A stretch of DNA of 64,000 nucleotides from an uncultured delta proteobacterium. Its GTDB lineage: Bacteria > Myxococcota_A > Polyangia > Fen-1088. The DNA is taken from positions 1,088,001-1,152,000 of the forward strand of contig CAVYGB010000008.1 in assembly GCA_963767925.1 (NCBI GenBank), read 5' to 3'. Both the position numbers and the translations under genes were made by a program. Shown in pieces: positions 1-10,542 of the stretch (its first letter is position 1; every line of letters starts with the position of its first letter). A model generated the notes under the pieces. That model searched no databases. It was given only the letters and a program-made list of their open reading frames with translations, and had not been told where the DNA came from.

Positions 1-1035
1 AAAGAATCGGAGTACGCTACCTACACCCAGATCTTCCCTTACACCGATCGCCTAAACTACGTCTCGCCGATGTTGAACAACGTCGGCTACGCCCTGGCGG
101 TGGAGAAGCTGCTGGGGGTCGAAAAGGCGGTGCCCGAGCGCGCGCAGTACATCCGGGTGATCGTGGGGGAGGTGTCCCGCATCTGCGATCACCTCACCTG
201 CCTGGGCGCGGGGGCCATGGAGCTGGGCGCCTTCGGCCCCTTCCTCTACAACCTCAAGTTCCGGGAGTGGCTGTGGGAGCTCCTCGAGGAGATCTCGGGC
301 GCCCGCCTCACCCACAGCTATCTCCGCATCGGCGGCGTCTCGGGGGACATGCCCGAGGGCTGGGCGGACAAGCTGCGGGACGTCTTCGCCCGCGGCCGGA
401 CGGTGCTGGCCGAGGTCGACAAGCTGCTCACGCGCAACCGGATCTTCCGGGATCGCATGGACGGCATCGGCATCATCACCCGCGAGGACGTGGCCCAATA
501 CGGGCTGACCGGGCCGATGGCCCGCTCGGCCGGGGTGGCCTACGACATCCGCAAGGACCACCCCTACCTGGTCTACGACCGCTTCGACTTCGACGTCCCC
601 GTGGGGTCGGTGGGGGACAACTTCGATCGCTTTGCCGTGCGGGTCGAGGAGATGCACCAGTCCATGCGCATCGTCGAGCAGGCGCTCGATCAGATCCAGC
701 CGGGCCCCACCTTGCTCAACGATCCCCGCATCGTGCTGCCGGCCAAGAGCGAGACCTACAACAGCATCGAGGCCATGATCTCGCACTTCAAGCTGATCAT
801 GGACGGGATCCGGGTCCCCGCCGGAGAGATCTACTCCTTCACCGAAGGGGGCAACGGGGAGCTCGGCTTTTACATCGTGTCCGACGGAACTGGACGACCC
901 TGGAAATGCCGGGTGCGTCCCCCCAGCTTCGCCAATACGGCGATCCTCAACAGGCTGCTGGTCGGTCTGTTCATAGCCGACGTGGTCCCCACCTTCGGCA
1001 TGATCAACATGATCGGTGGGGAGTGTGACCGCTGA
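1..1035 (+). CDS. nuoD: NADH-quinone oxidoreductase subunit D (5' part lies outside the window)
   Basis: Frame is open from base 1 (KESEYATYTQIFPYTDRLNYVSPM). Motifs DRLNY, SGARLT, EGGNGELG, RVRPPSF and C-terminal GECDR match the complex I 49-kDa subunit. Confidence 0.95.
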   Translation, partial: KESEYATYTQIFPYTDRLNYVSPMLNNVGYALAVEKLLGVEKAVPERAQYIRVIVGEVSRICDHLTCLGAGAMELGAFGPFLYNLKFREWLWELLEEISGARLTHSYLRIGGVSGDMPEGWADKLRDVFARGRTVLAEVDKLLTRNRIFRDRMDGIGIITREDVAQYGLTGPMARSAGVAYDIRKDHPYLVYDRFDFDVPVGSVGDNFDRFAVRVEEMHQSMRIVEQALDQIQPGPTLLNDPRIVLPAKSETYNSIEAMISHFKLIMDGIRVPAGEIYSFTEGGNGELGFYIVSDGTGRPWKCRVRPPSFANTAILNRLLVGLFIADVVPTFGMINMIGGECDR

Positions 1036-2678
1036 TGCCCGATCCCAGCCAGAGCTCGACCGCCCCCAAGACCCCGCCACCACCTGCCAGCCCGGCCGCG
1101 CCGGCGCCCGAGACGGTGACGGTGAACATCGACGGACGGGCCCATCAGTTCCCCAAGGGGACCAACCTGCTGGAGGCCTGCAACGAGGTCGGGTGCAACG
1201 TACCCTTCTTCTGCTACCACGAAGGGCTCTCCTCGCCCGCCGTCTGCCGCCAGTGCCTGGTGGAGGTCAAGGGCCAGCCCAAGCCGGTGCCTTCCTGCTA
1301 CACGCCGGTGGCCGACAAGATGGAGGTGAGGACCAACTCGAAGTGGGTGCTGGACATCCGGCGCCAGATGCTCGAGTTCACCCTGCTCAACCACCCCATC
1401 GATTGCCCCATCTGCGACAAGGCGGGTGAGTGCACCCTGCAGAAGCACTACTTCGACTGGGACGCCAAGTTTGCCCGCAACGACGGGATCAAGGTCGAGA
1501 AGGACAAGGTCGTCGACATCGGCCGGCACATCGTCCTCGACCAGGAGCGATGCATCCTCTGCACCCGCTGCATCCGGGTCTGCGACGAGGTGGCCAAGCA
1601 GCCCGAGCTGACGATGGCCAAGCGTGGGGACCACGAGGTGCTCACCACCGCCCCCGGCCGGCGCCTGGACAACCCCTATTCGCTCAACACGGTCGACGTC
1701 TGCCCGGTGGGCGCCTTGACCTCCAAGGACTTCCGCTTCGCCATGCGGGCCTGGGAGCTGATGTCGACCCCCTCGGTGTGCAACGGCTGTGCCACGGGGT
1801 GCAACGTCGAGGTGCACGGATCGCGCAACCAGATCTACCGACTGGTGCCCCGGCAGAACGACGCGGTCAACAAGCACTGGATGTGCGACGAAGGCCGCTT
1901 CACCTACAAGGCCATCAACGACCGCCGGCTGGCCGTCCCCCTTTCGGGGGGCGTGCCGGTGGACTGGGATCGGGCTCTCGAGGACGCCGCCGCCCGCCTG
2001 CGCGCGGTCCGCGAGAAGTCGCCCGGCGGGCTGGGCGTGATCTTCTCGGCCGGGTCGAGCAACGAGGATCTGCACGCCCTGGCTCGCCTGGCCTTCGATA
2101 ACCTGCAGGTCGACCGGGCCTACCTGGTGGGTCGAGGCGAGGGCTGGTTCGACGACATCCTCGTGAGCGCGGACAAGAACCCGAACACGGCTGGCGCCAA
2201 GGCCATCGGCGGCCCCGGGCTCAAGACCGTCTCCGATCTGAGCCGCGACCTGCGCGACGGCGCGCTCTCGGCTTTGCTCGTCGTTGGTGACGAGGGGGTC
2301 CTGCGCGGCGCCGAGCCGGCGGCCTTCCCCTGGGAGCGGCTCGAGGCCCTCATCGTCCTGGCCAGCCACCAGGGCCCGCTGGTGGACGCGGCCCAGGTGG
2401 CCCTGCCCCTGGCGCTCTGGGCAGAGGTCGACGGGACCGTCACCAACCGCACCGGCCGGGTCCAGCGCATGCGCGCCGCCCTCGAGCCGGCCGGCGACGC
2501 CCTGCCGGGCTGGGAGATCCTCTCTCACCTGGCCCACCGCCTGGGCATCGCCATGGACCTCGAGACGGCCAAGAAGGTCTTCCTCGAGGCCCAGCAGAAG
2601 TACCCCTTCATGAAAGGCGCCGAGTGGGGCCGCCCGATGCTGCCGGTGCAGCTCCGGTTCGCCAACACACGAGGCTGA
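1035..2678 (+). CDS. nuoG: NADH-quinone oxidoreductase subunit G-like Fe-S protein (short, 547 aa)
   Basis: 2Fe-2S motif FCYH..CRQC..SC; NHPIDCPICDKAGEC; RCILCTRCIRVC..DVCPVGAL; CNGCATGC..WMCDEGR. TGATG-coupled to nuoD. Confidence 0.88.
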   Translation: MPDPSQSSTAPKTPPPPASPAAPAPETVTVNIDGRAHQFPKGTNLLEACNEVGCNVPFFCYHEGLSSPAVCRQCLVEVKGQPKPVPSCYTPVADKMEVRTNSKWVLDIRRQMLEFTLLNHPIDCPICDKAGECTLQKHYFDWDAKFARNDGIKVEKDKVVDIGRHIVLDQERCILCTRCIRVCDEVAKQPELTMAKRGDHEVLTTAPGRRLDNPYSLNTVDVCPVGALTSKDFRFAMRAWELMSTPSVCNGCATGCNVEVHGSRNQIYRLVPRQNDAVNKHWMCDEGRFTYKAINDRRLAVPLSGGVPVDWDRALEDAAARLRAVREKSPGGLGVIFSAGSSNEDLHALARLAFDNLQVDRAYLVGRGEGWFDDILVSADKNPNTAGAKAIGGPGLKTVSDLSRDLRDGALSALLVVGDEGVLRGAEPAAFPWERLEALIVLASHQGPLVDAAQVALPLALWAEVDGTVTNRTGRVQRMRAALEPAGDALPGWEILSHLAHRLGIAMDLETAKKVFLEAQQKYPFMKGAEWGRPMLPVQLRFANTRG

Positions 2679-2679
2679 G

Positions 2680-3816
2680 ATGGACGCGAACCCGGGACTC
2701 TTCTCTTACGGCCAGCCTGGCTTCTGGGCCGTGGCGGCGGCGATCAAGGTCCTCTACCTGATGCTGGCCATCGGGCCGGGCGTGGCCTCGATCCTCACCT
2801 GGCTCGAGCGGCGCCAGTCCTCGATGATGCAGGACCGGCTGGGACCCAACCGGGCCAACATCGGTCCCTTCCGCGCCTGGGGCATCACCCACTTCCTGGC
2901 CGACGCCCTCAAGTTCCTCTTCAAGGAGGACTTCGTGCCGCCCAAGGCGCACAAGTTCCTCTTCGCGCTGGCCCCCATCTTGGCCCTGGCCCCCGCCCTG
3001 ATCGTGGCGGCCATCTTGCCGTTCGGTCCCCCTCTGTGCTGGGGCCAGCTCCTGGAGGCGGTGCCGCCGGGGCAATGCGCCCAGCCCATCGATCTGCAGA
3101 TCGCCCGGCTCGACGTCGGCATCCTCTTCTACTTTGCCATCGCCTCGCTGTCGGTCTACGGCGCGACCCTGGCGGGCTGGGCCTCGTACAACAAGTGGGC
3201 GCTGATGGGCGGCCTGCGGGCCAGCTCTCAGATGGTCTCTTACGAGGTGACGATGGGCATGGCGGTGCTGGCCATGTTCCTGTTTTACGGGACCCTCGAG
3301 CCGGGGGCGATGGTCGCCCAGCAGGGGGGGCTGCCCTGGGACTGGGGCATCTTCGGGGTGCCTCAGTTCATCGCCTTCGTGCTGTTCCTGACGGCGGCCA
3401 TCGCCGAGACCAAGCGCACCCCCTTCGACATCCCGGAAGGCGAGCCGGAGATCATCGGGTACTTCGTGGAGTATTCGGGCCTCCGCTTCGGCATGTTCTT
3501 CCTCGGGGAGTTCATCGAGATCGTCTTCTCGAGCGCGCTCATGGTGACGATCTTCCTGGGGGGCTGGCACCTTCCTCTGCCGATCGGCGTCGAGCAGCAG
3601 CTCGCGGCGAGCATCCCCAACATCGCCTACGTCCTGATGGTCCACGGCTGGTGGCTGGCCAAGGTCTTCGTGTTCTGCGCCTTCCAGCTCCTGCTGCGCT
3701 GGTCGTTGCCCCGCTTCCGGCCGGATCAGCTCATGCAGCTCGGCTGGCAGCGGCTGCTGCCCATCTCCATCGCCAATGTCCTCATCGCCGCGTCCTGGAT
3801 TCTGCTAACCCAGTAG
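2680..3816 (+). CDS. nuoH: NADH-quinone oxidoreductase subunit H
   Basis: ERR..MQDRLGPNR, ADALKFLFKE, GGLRASSQMVSYE, AETKRTPFDIPEGEPE, EYSG, LPRFRPDQL; polytopic membrane protein. Confidence 0.95.
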   Translation: MDANPGLFSYGQPGFWAVAAAIKVLYLMLAIGPGVASILTWLERRQSSMMQDRLGPNRANIGPFRAWGITHFLADALKFLFKEDFVPPKAHKFLFALAPILALAPALIVAAILPFGPPLCWGQLLEAVPPGQCAQPIDLQIARLDVGILFYFAIASLSVYGATLAGWASYNKWALMGGLRASSQMVSYEVTMGMAVLAMFLFYGTLEPGAMVAQQGGLPWDWGIFGVPQFIAFVLFLTAAIAETKRTPFDIPEGEPEIIGYFVEYSGLRFGMFFLGEFIEIVFSSALMVTIFLGGWHLPLPIGVEQQLAASIPNIAYVLMVHGWWLAKVFVFCAFQLLLRWSLPRFRPDQLMQLGWQRLLPISIANVLIAASWILLTQ

Positions 3817-3834
3817 GGAGTCGAGAACCATCCA

Positions 3835-4479
3835 ATGGCCGTCGGAGTCATAGTCGTCGCCCGCCCGGGGAGCTTCTCCCAGCAGATGTATTTGCCTGCC
3901 ATCGCCGAAGGGCTGGGAGTCACCTTCCGGCACTTCATGAAAAACTGGATCGGGAACATCACCGGGCGGCGTCACAAGACCGATATCGTCACCGTGCAGT
4001 ACCCCGAGGAGAAGGTGCCGTACCCGGCCCGCTTCCGCGGCCTGCACCGGCTCATGTTGCGCGACGATGGGGAGGTGCGGTGTGTGGCCTGCATGATGTG
4101 CCCCACCGTCTGCCCCGCCCACTGCATCACGATCGTGCCCGAGGAGGCCCCGGACGGACGTATCGAGAAGCGTCCCAAGATCTTCGAGATCGACGAGCTT
4201 CGCTGCGTCGTCTGTGGCCTGTGTGCCGAGGCCTGCCCTTGTGACGCCATCCGGATGGACACGATGGAGCACGCCAAGCCGACCTACCGTCGCGCCGACG
4301 CCGTCCTCGACAAGGAGGAGCTGCTCTCGCGCGGCGCCAAGTCCATCGCGGTCCAGGGCGGGGTGGGGGGGTTCTGGCGGGAGAAGCTGAACGGGCAGAG
4401 CCAGACCCCGCCCGAGGGTGCGGTGGTGCCCGCTGGGGCTCCAACCGGGCCCCCCGCCGTCTCCAAAGCGGGCCCTTGA
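3835..4479 (+). CDS. nuoI: NADH-quinone oxidoreductase subunit I (2x[4Fe-4S])
   Basis: TVQYPEEK, RFRGLHRL, CVACMMCPTVCP and CVVCGLCAEACPCDAI. Confidence 0.93.
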   Translation: MAVGVIVVARPGSFSQQMYLPAIAEGLGVTFRHFMKNWIGNITGRRHKTDIVTVQYPEEKVPYPARFRGLHRLMLRDDGEVRCVACMMCPTVCPAHCITIVPEEAPDGRIEKRPKIFEIDELRCVVCGLCAEACPCDAIRMDTMEHAKPTYRRADAVLDKEELLSRGAKSIAVQGGVGGFWREKLNGQSQTPPEGAVVPAGAPTGPPAVSKAGP

Positions 4480-4504
4480 CCGACGGCCAGCGGCCGGCCA
4501 TCAT
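4476..4504 (+). promoter_or_regulatory. Candidate sigma-70 promoter for the 6S-like RNA
   Basis: TTGACC (4476-4481, overlapping the nuoI stop) - 17 bp - CATCAT (4499-4504). The predicted start near 4511 coincides with the 5' end of the long hairpin. Confidence 0.55.
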
Positions 4505-4511
4505 CTCGATC

Positions 4512-4700
4512 GGACCTTCTGCACGGTTCGATTACGGAAGAGATTTTTTTCCCCTACAGGCAATCACCCGGGAGCTGCCTCTGGCCGATGGAATGAGCAC
4601 GCCCGCGAGTCGGGAAGCCCGATGCGGTCATCTTCAGCGGCTCCCCCCTTACTAATCGTAGGGGTTCAAAACTCTCCCGAACGGCCGAGGCGGAAGGTTT
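4512..4700 (+). ncRNA. ssrS: Probable 6S RNA
   Basis: About 190-nt irregular rod: accttctgc(4514-22)/gcggaaggt(4690-98), cccctac(4551-57)/gtagggg(4658-64), gggagctgc(4570-78)/gcggctccc(4637-45), tggccg/cggtca. G-U pairs favour the + strand. Carries 6S-like motifs GGGAGC and GGGTTCAAAAC...AACGGC, followed by a T-rich run. Confidence 0.75.
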
Positions 4701-4751
4701 GTTTTTTGTGAGCGCCGGCGCCTCCTGTCCCCAGGACTGGCCCGCGCTCCG

Positions 4752-5900
4752 CTACCGCGCCCCCAGGGAACGCTTCGATCCGATGGGCGCTCCCTCGGAG
4801 GCGAAGCGGCGCAGGGAGACGTTCATGACCAGCCCCAGGGCGGTCAGGACGGTGAGCAGGCTGGAGCCCCCGTAGCTGATGAGCGGCAGCGTCACGCCGG
4901 CCACCGGCAGCAGGCCGGTGACCATCCCCACGTTGAACAGGATCTGCCAGAACAACATCGCCGCGCAGCCGACGCAGAGGAAGGCCCCGAAGCGGTCGCG
5001 CGCCTCGCGGGCGATCTTCAGGATCCAGAGGATGAGGAACCCGTAGCAGCCGAGCAGGAGGACCCCACCGAGGAAGCCCCACTCCTCGCCCCACAGGGCG
5101 AAGGGGAAGTCGGTCCACAGCGCCGGCAGCGAACCGGCCCGCACCACCGTCGCCCGGAGCAGCCCCTTGCCGGTGAGCTGCCCGGACCCGACCGCGCTCA
5201 TGGCCTGCTGGGGTTGCCAGGCGGTCGCCGGGTCGAGGGCCGGATTGACGAAGGCGATGATCCGGTTGCGCTGGTACTGGTGCAGCCCCCATTCCCACAT
5301 CGGCACCACCGCCAGCAGCGCCGCCACCAGGATGACCAGCCAGGTGCGCAGGCTGAGGCGGGCCGTGAGCAGCACCGTCAGGAACACGAGGGTCAGCACC
5401 AAGGTGGTGCTGAGGTCCGGCTGCGCCGCGACCAGCAGCACCGGGATCGCCGCCAGAACCACCGGGATCAGCAGGTGGCGCAGAGTCCGTTCCTTGACGC
5501 TGGGAGCGTTCTGGAAGTGCTTGGCGAGGGCCACCACCAGCAACACCTTCATGATCTCGGAGGGCTGGATGGTGAGTGGTCCGATGTCGATCCAGCGCTG
5601 GGCGCCCCAGCTCGAGCGTCCCCCGATGAGCACCCAGGCCAGGACGAGCACGCCGACTCCGTAGAAGACGTAGCCCAGCCGCATGAGCCGCCGGTAGTCG
5701 ACCGTGGCGGCCACCAGGAAGACGACCACCCCCAGGGCCAGCCACCAGAGCTGTCGCCCGACGAGCTGGCCTTGCCGGTTCAAGGTGGCGCTGTAGAGGT
5801 TCATCAGGCCGAGCGTCAGCAAGACCAGGGTGCCGATGCTGAGCGGCCAGTCGAACCGGGCCCGCAGCGTCTCCCACCACTTCTGGGCGCCCGCCACCAT
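4752..5900 (-). CDS. rodA: Rod shape-determining protein RodA (SEDS glycosyltransferase)
   Basis: GAQRWI, IQPSEIMK, QPDLST, AVGSGQLTGKG, TDFPFA..EEWGF, GVTLPLISYGGSS; downstream of PBP2. Confidence 0.95.
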   Translation of the reverse strand: MVAGAQKWWETLRARFDWPLSIGTLVLLTLGLMNLYSATLNRQGQLVGRQLWWLALGVVVFLVAATVDYRRLMRLGYVFYGVGVLVLAWVLIGGRSSWGAQRWIDIGPLTIQPSEIMKVLLVVALAKHFQNAPSVKERTLRHLLIPVVLAAIPVLLVAAQPDLSTTLVLTLVFLTVLLTARLSLRTWLVILVAALLAVVPMWEWGLHQYQRNRIIAFVNPALDPATAWQPQQAMSAVGSGQLTGKGLLRATVVRAGSLPALWTDFPFALWGEEWGFLGGVLLLGCYGFLILWILKIAREARDRFGAFLCVGCAAMLFWQILFNVGMVTGLLPVAGVTLPLISYGGSSLLTVLTALGLVMNVSLRRFASEGAPIGSKRSLGAR

Positions 5901-7756
5901 CAGGGATCCTCGGGCAGGGGGGCCAGCACGCTCTCGGCCACCTTCACCGCCACCGGCGCGGCCACGAAGCCGCCGAAGCCTCCGTGCTCGATGACCACCG
6001 CGAAGGCGATCTGGGGGTCGCTGGCCGGGGCGTAGCCGGCGAACCAGGCGTGGTCGGCCTTTTGCCTGCGGGCGGGGGTCCCGTCGCCCGGCCGGGCAAT
6101 CACCATCTCGGTCTGGGCGGTCCCGGTCTTGCCAGCCACCCGGATCCGGGTCGAGCGGGCGGCCCAGGCGGTCCCTCGGGGATCGTTCACCACGCCATCG
6201 AGGGCGGCGCGGAGGGTTGTCAGCGTGGCGGGGCTCAGACCCACTTGCCGGCGCACCCGGGGAGGGAACTGCTCCACCACCTTGCCCTGGGCGCTCTCGA
6301 TCCGCTCCACGATGCGGGGCTGCAAGAGCTGCCCGCCGTTGGCGATGGCCGCGTAGGCCAGGGCCATCTGCATGACGGTCACGCGGGTGTCGCCCTCGCC
6401 GATCACGGTGTTGAGGCTGTGGCCGACCGAGACGTTGCTCCGCCCCTCCAGGCGCTGGAACATCTCCTCGCTGGGGACGACGCCGGGTGAGTCGATGTTG
6501 AGGGCGAGGCCCGTCGCCGCGCCCAGCCCGAAGTCGGTGGCGGAGCGGGTCAGCCGGTTCAGCATGTCGGGGCGCAGCCCGAGCTCGTAGAAGAAGACGT
6601 TACAGCTTGCCACCAGGGCGGCGTGCAGGTCGACCACGCCGTGGGTGTGGGTGCAGCGAAACCGGCGCCGGCCGAGCGCGATCGACCCCAGGCAGCGGGT
6701 CCGGTGGTTGGGCGGCAGGAGGTTCTCCTCGAGGGCGGCGGCCGCCGAGATCACCTTGAAGGTGGACCCCGGGTTGTAGGTGTCGGCCAGGGTCTTGTCC
6801 CGGAAGGGCCGGTAAGGATCGGCCAGCAGGCGGGCCTGCTCGTTGGCGCTGAGGCGTCCCGACATCCGGTTGGGGTCGTAGCTGGGGAGGGAGACGAGGG
6901 CCAGGATGGCACCCGTGTGGACGTCGAGGATGACCACCCCACCCACCCGCTTTCCCTCGAGGGCGCGCTCGACCGCCTGCTGGACGTCGAGGTCGAGGGT
7001 CAAGACGAGGTTGTGGCCGGGGACCGGATCCTCCCGGGCGGGACCCTCGATGAGATCGGAGACGTGGATGCCCGGCAGGGGGCGGTTGCGTCGATCCACA
7101 ACCGTCTTCTCGAAGCCTCGCCGCCCGCGCAGGTACCCTTCGAAGCGGCGTTCCAGCCCGGTCCGGCCGACAAGATCAGCCGGGCGGTAGCCCTCGGACC
7201 GGCGCTTGCGCAGCTCGTCCGCGGTGATCTCGTTGAGGTAACCGATCACGTGGGCGAGGAGCGGCCCGTGGGGATAGCGCCGGCGGGCCTCCGCCCGGAT
7301 GCCGACCCCCGGCAGGTCCATCGCGGTGGCGAGCAGCGCCATCTGTTCGGGCGAGACGTCCTCGGCCAGCGTGATGGTCTCCCTGGGATCGCGGCGGGCC
7401 CGGCTGCGCAGGCGATCCCAGTCGGGCAGGGTGTCGAAGGAGGTGCCCAGCACCCGCCGGGCGGCGGCATAACTCTCCGGCGTCAGCTCGCCGGGGTTGA
7501 CCATGACATCGAAGGAGGGGCGGGTGGTGGCCAGCAGACGGCCCCGGCGGTCCCGGATCTCGCCGCGGAAGGCGGGCAGCCCGATGGTCCGGACCACGCT
7601 CTCCGAGGTGATGCGGTGGAAGGTCTCGCCGAGGACGACCTGCAGGTAAAAGACCCGGCCCACCAGCCCGAACAGGCCGATCGTGACGATGGCGGCGAAC
7701 ACCCGCGTGCGCAGTCGAATCTCGGGCAGCTCCGCGTCCTGACCGGCGATCTCCAT
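5900..7756 (-). CDS. mrdA: Penicillin-binding protein 2
   Basis: N-terminal TM segment, RGEIRDR, GRTGLE, PGSTFK (SxxK), SCN (SxN), AGKTGTAQ (KTG), DHAWF. Confidence 0.95.
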   Translation of the reverse strand: MEIAGQDAELPEIRLRTRVFAAIVTIGLFGLVGRVFYLQVVLGETFHRITSESVVRTIGLPAFRGEIRDRRGRLLATTRPSFDVMVNPGELTPESYAAARRVLGTSFDTLPDWDRLRSRARRDPRETITLAEDVSPEQMALLATAMDLPGVGIRAEARRRYPHGPLLAHVIGYLNEITADELRKRRSEGYRPADLVGRTGLERRFEGYLRGRRGFEKTVVDRRNRPLPGIHVSDLIEGPAREDPVPGHNLVLTLDLDVQQAVERALEGKRVGGVVILDVHTGAILALVSLPSYDPNRMSGRLSANEQARLLADPYRPFRDKTLADTYNPGSTFKVISAAAALEENLLPPNHRTRCLGSIALGRRRFRCTHTHGVVDLHAALVASCNVFFYELGLRPDMLNRLTRSATDFGLGAATGLALNIDSPGVVPSEEMFQRLEGRSNVSVGHSLNTVIGEGDTRVTVMQMALAYAAIANGGQLLQPRIVERIESAQGKVVEQFPPRVRRQVGLSPATLTTLRAALDGVVNDPRGTAWAARSTRIRVAGKTGTAQTEMVIARPGDGTPARRQKADHAWFAGYAPASDPQIAFAVVIEHGGFGGFVAAPVAVKVAESVLAPLPEDP

Positions 7757-7774
7757 GGGCTCAGCGTTCTCCGG

Positions 7775-8326
7775 TCACGGCAGCTCGAGGCCCCCGCTGG
7801 GCTTGCTCCCCCGGGCCACCAGGCCGGCCTCGCCCCGGGCCGCGTCCAGGCGTCCGTCCAGCCGGTCGAGGAGAGCGAGGACCAGCGGCGCCAGCGCGGC
7901 GGTCAGGGCCGCGTCGAGGAGGACGATGCGGAAGCCCCCCGCCGGCGATCCGCTTCCGGCGAGCAGGCGCACGGCCGCAACCAGCAGCCCGCCGGCCAGC
8001 GTGACGATCAGGCCGGTGGCCGTCCGCAGGAAGAACCCCCGCACCGTCAAGCGGGGCCCCAGCAGCGCCGTCGTCAAGGCGAGCACCGAATAGACCAGGG
8101 CGTGGGTCCCCCGGGGCGTCCCCGAGACGAGATCGAACAGATACCCGAGGCAGAAGCCCACCACGACCGAGGAGGAGACCGTCCAGCGGGAGGACAGGCC
8201 GACGTGCATCGCCACCAGCACCCCGAAGGCCGGGGTGGGCAAGCTGACCGGCAGGAGCTGCAGCAGCACGGACTGCACGAGGAGGAGCGCCAGCGCGAAC
8301 GAGAGCGTCAGGAGCGCGCGCATCAC
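7775..8326 (-). CDS. mreD: Rod shape-determining protein MreD
   Basis: Hydrophobic 183-aa protein with GYLFDLVSG..G motif, between mreC and mrdA. Confidence 0.85.
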   Translation of the reverse strand: MMRALLTLSFALALLLVQSVLLQLLPVSLPTPAFGVLVAMHVGLSSRWTVSSSVVVGFCLGYLFDLVSGTPRGTHALVYSVLALTTALLGPRLTVRGFFLRTATGLIVTLAGGLLVAAVRLLAGSGSPAGGFRIVLLDAALTAALAPLVLALLDRLDGRLDAARGEAGLVARGSKPSGGLELP

Positions 8327-9225
8327 CGGTACAGCGAGAGGCCCCGCCCGGGGGGCGCGGGGGACGGGCGGCGCGGGCTCCCTTCCGGGTCGGGCGTCTG
8401 GCCCGGAGCCACAACCACCAGCACCTCCGACAGCCGGGTGAAATCGACGTGGGGCGTGACGTGCACCTCCTGGAACAGCCCGGCCTTGCCCTCGACCACG
8501 TGGCTCACGGTCCCGACCGGGTAGTCGCGGGGGAACTCCCCGACGCCGCTCGTGACGACCGGATCGCCCACCCGGGTTGCCTCACCCCGGGCGACGTATT
8601 GCAGGTCGCAGCGGTAGCCGTTGCTCCCGGCCTTGCCGACGAGGATGCCCCGGGAGCCGGTGCGCGGGAGCAGGACGTGGATGGCCGACGCCGGGTCGAC
8701 CGCGAGCTGCACGTCCGCGACCGAGCCGACGACCCGCTCGAGGCGGCCGACGACACCTTCGTGGGCGATGACCGGCATGCCCCGCTGGACCGCGACGTCG
8801 CCCAGCTCGATCCGGACCCGGGCCACCCGGAAGAAGGGGGAGGCGTCCAGGGCGATGATCCGGGCGGCCACCGTGGCCGGGCTCAACGACTCGCGCAGCG
8901 CCAGCAGGCGCCGCAGGCGCTCGGCCTCGGCGGCGACGCGCCTGGCGTCGGTGAGCTGGGTGCGGAGGCCGAGGTTCTCCTGCCGCAGGGAGCGGTTCTG
9001 CGTCTCCACGTCGACCAGCACCAGGTAACGCACGACGAGCTGGCCAGCGCCATGTGCGGCCCGGGCCAGGGTGGCCTGGGCCGGGCCGATCAGGTGAAGC
9101 AGGCCTCGATCGATGATCCCGAGGTCTCCGGGGTTGCGGGCGCTGTGGCGCACGAGCCCCAGCGCCAGCCCCAGCAGGCCCACCACCACCACCACCTCGC
9201 GCAACCTGTTTCGGGTCCCGGTCAG
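8323..9225 (-). CDS. mreC: Rod shape-determining protein MreC (start uncertain: CTG 9225 or TTG 9204)
   Basis: TM segment plus coiled coil (ENLGLR..RLRRLL), GMPVI..GVVGR, GDPVVTSG..FP..PVG. GGAGG lies 6 nt before an in-frame CTG at 9225. Confidence 0.92.
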   Translation of the reverse strand: MTGTRNRLREVVVVVGLLGLALGLVRHSARNPGDLGIIDRGLLHLIGPAQATLARAAHGAGQLVVRYLVLVDVETQNRSLRQENLGLRTQLTDARRVAAEAERLRRLLALRESLSPATVAARIIALDASPFFRVARVRIELGDVAVQRGMPVIAHEGVVGRLERVVGSVADVQLAVDPASAIHVLLPRTGSRGILVGKAGSNGYRCDLQYVARGEATRVGDPVVTSGVGEFPRDYPVGTVSHVVEGKAGLFQEVHVTPHVDFTRLSEVLVVVAPGQTPDPEGSPRRPSPAPPGRGLSLYR

Positions 9226-9244
9226 AGTCCGCCTCCCGCCCCAG

Positions 9245-10312
<1,068 letters not shown>

Positions 10313-10396
10313 TTAGCGAGGAGCGGAATGCGGTCCGGTGCCAGATTTTCGCCTACATGATCCGGGTCGACGCACAGGCGCGCAGGCCGCTGCACA

Positions 10397-10412
10397 AGGT
10401 AGGAACCTACCT
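10397..10412. promoter_or_regulatory. Perfect inverted repeat AGGTAGG-AA-CCTACCT, candidate operator
   Basis: 7-bp dyad with a 2-nt spacer (too tight for an RNA hairpin loop) in the divergent mreB / ppiD-like intergenic region. Confidence 0.35.
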
Positions 10413-10542
10413 CCCTGCCGCCGGTGCGGTACTCTCCGGCGCCCGCTGGGGCCCTCCGGACGACTTCTCTCGTCGCCCGGTGACCCTGTGCTAGATTCGC
10501 CAGCCCGTCGGGTAACCACTCAGAAACATTTGGAGGCTGCTC

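Noticed and set aside
10326..10344. Sigma-54 promoter for mreB (TGGCAC..GC on the minus strand), and a similar site at 57539-57555
   Set aside because: GG-to-GC spacing is 9 and 11 nt respectively, not the required 10.
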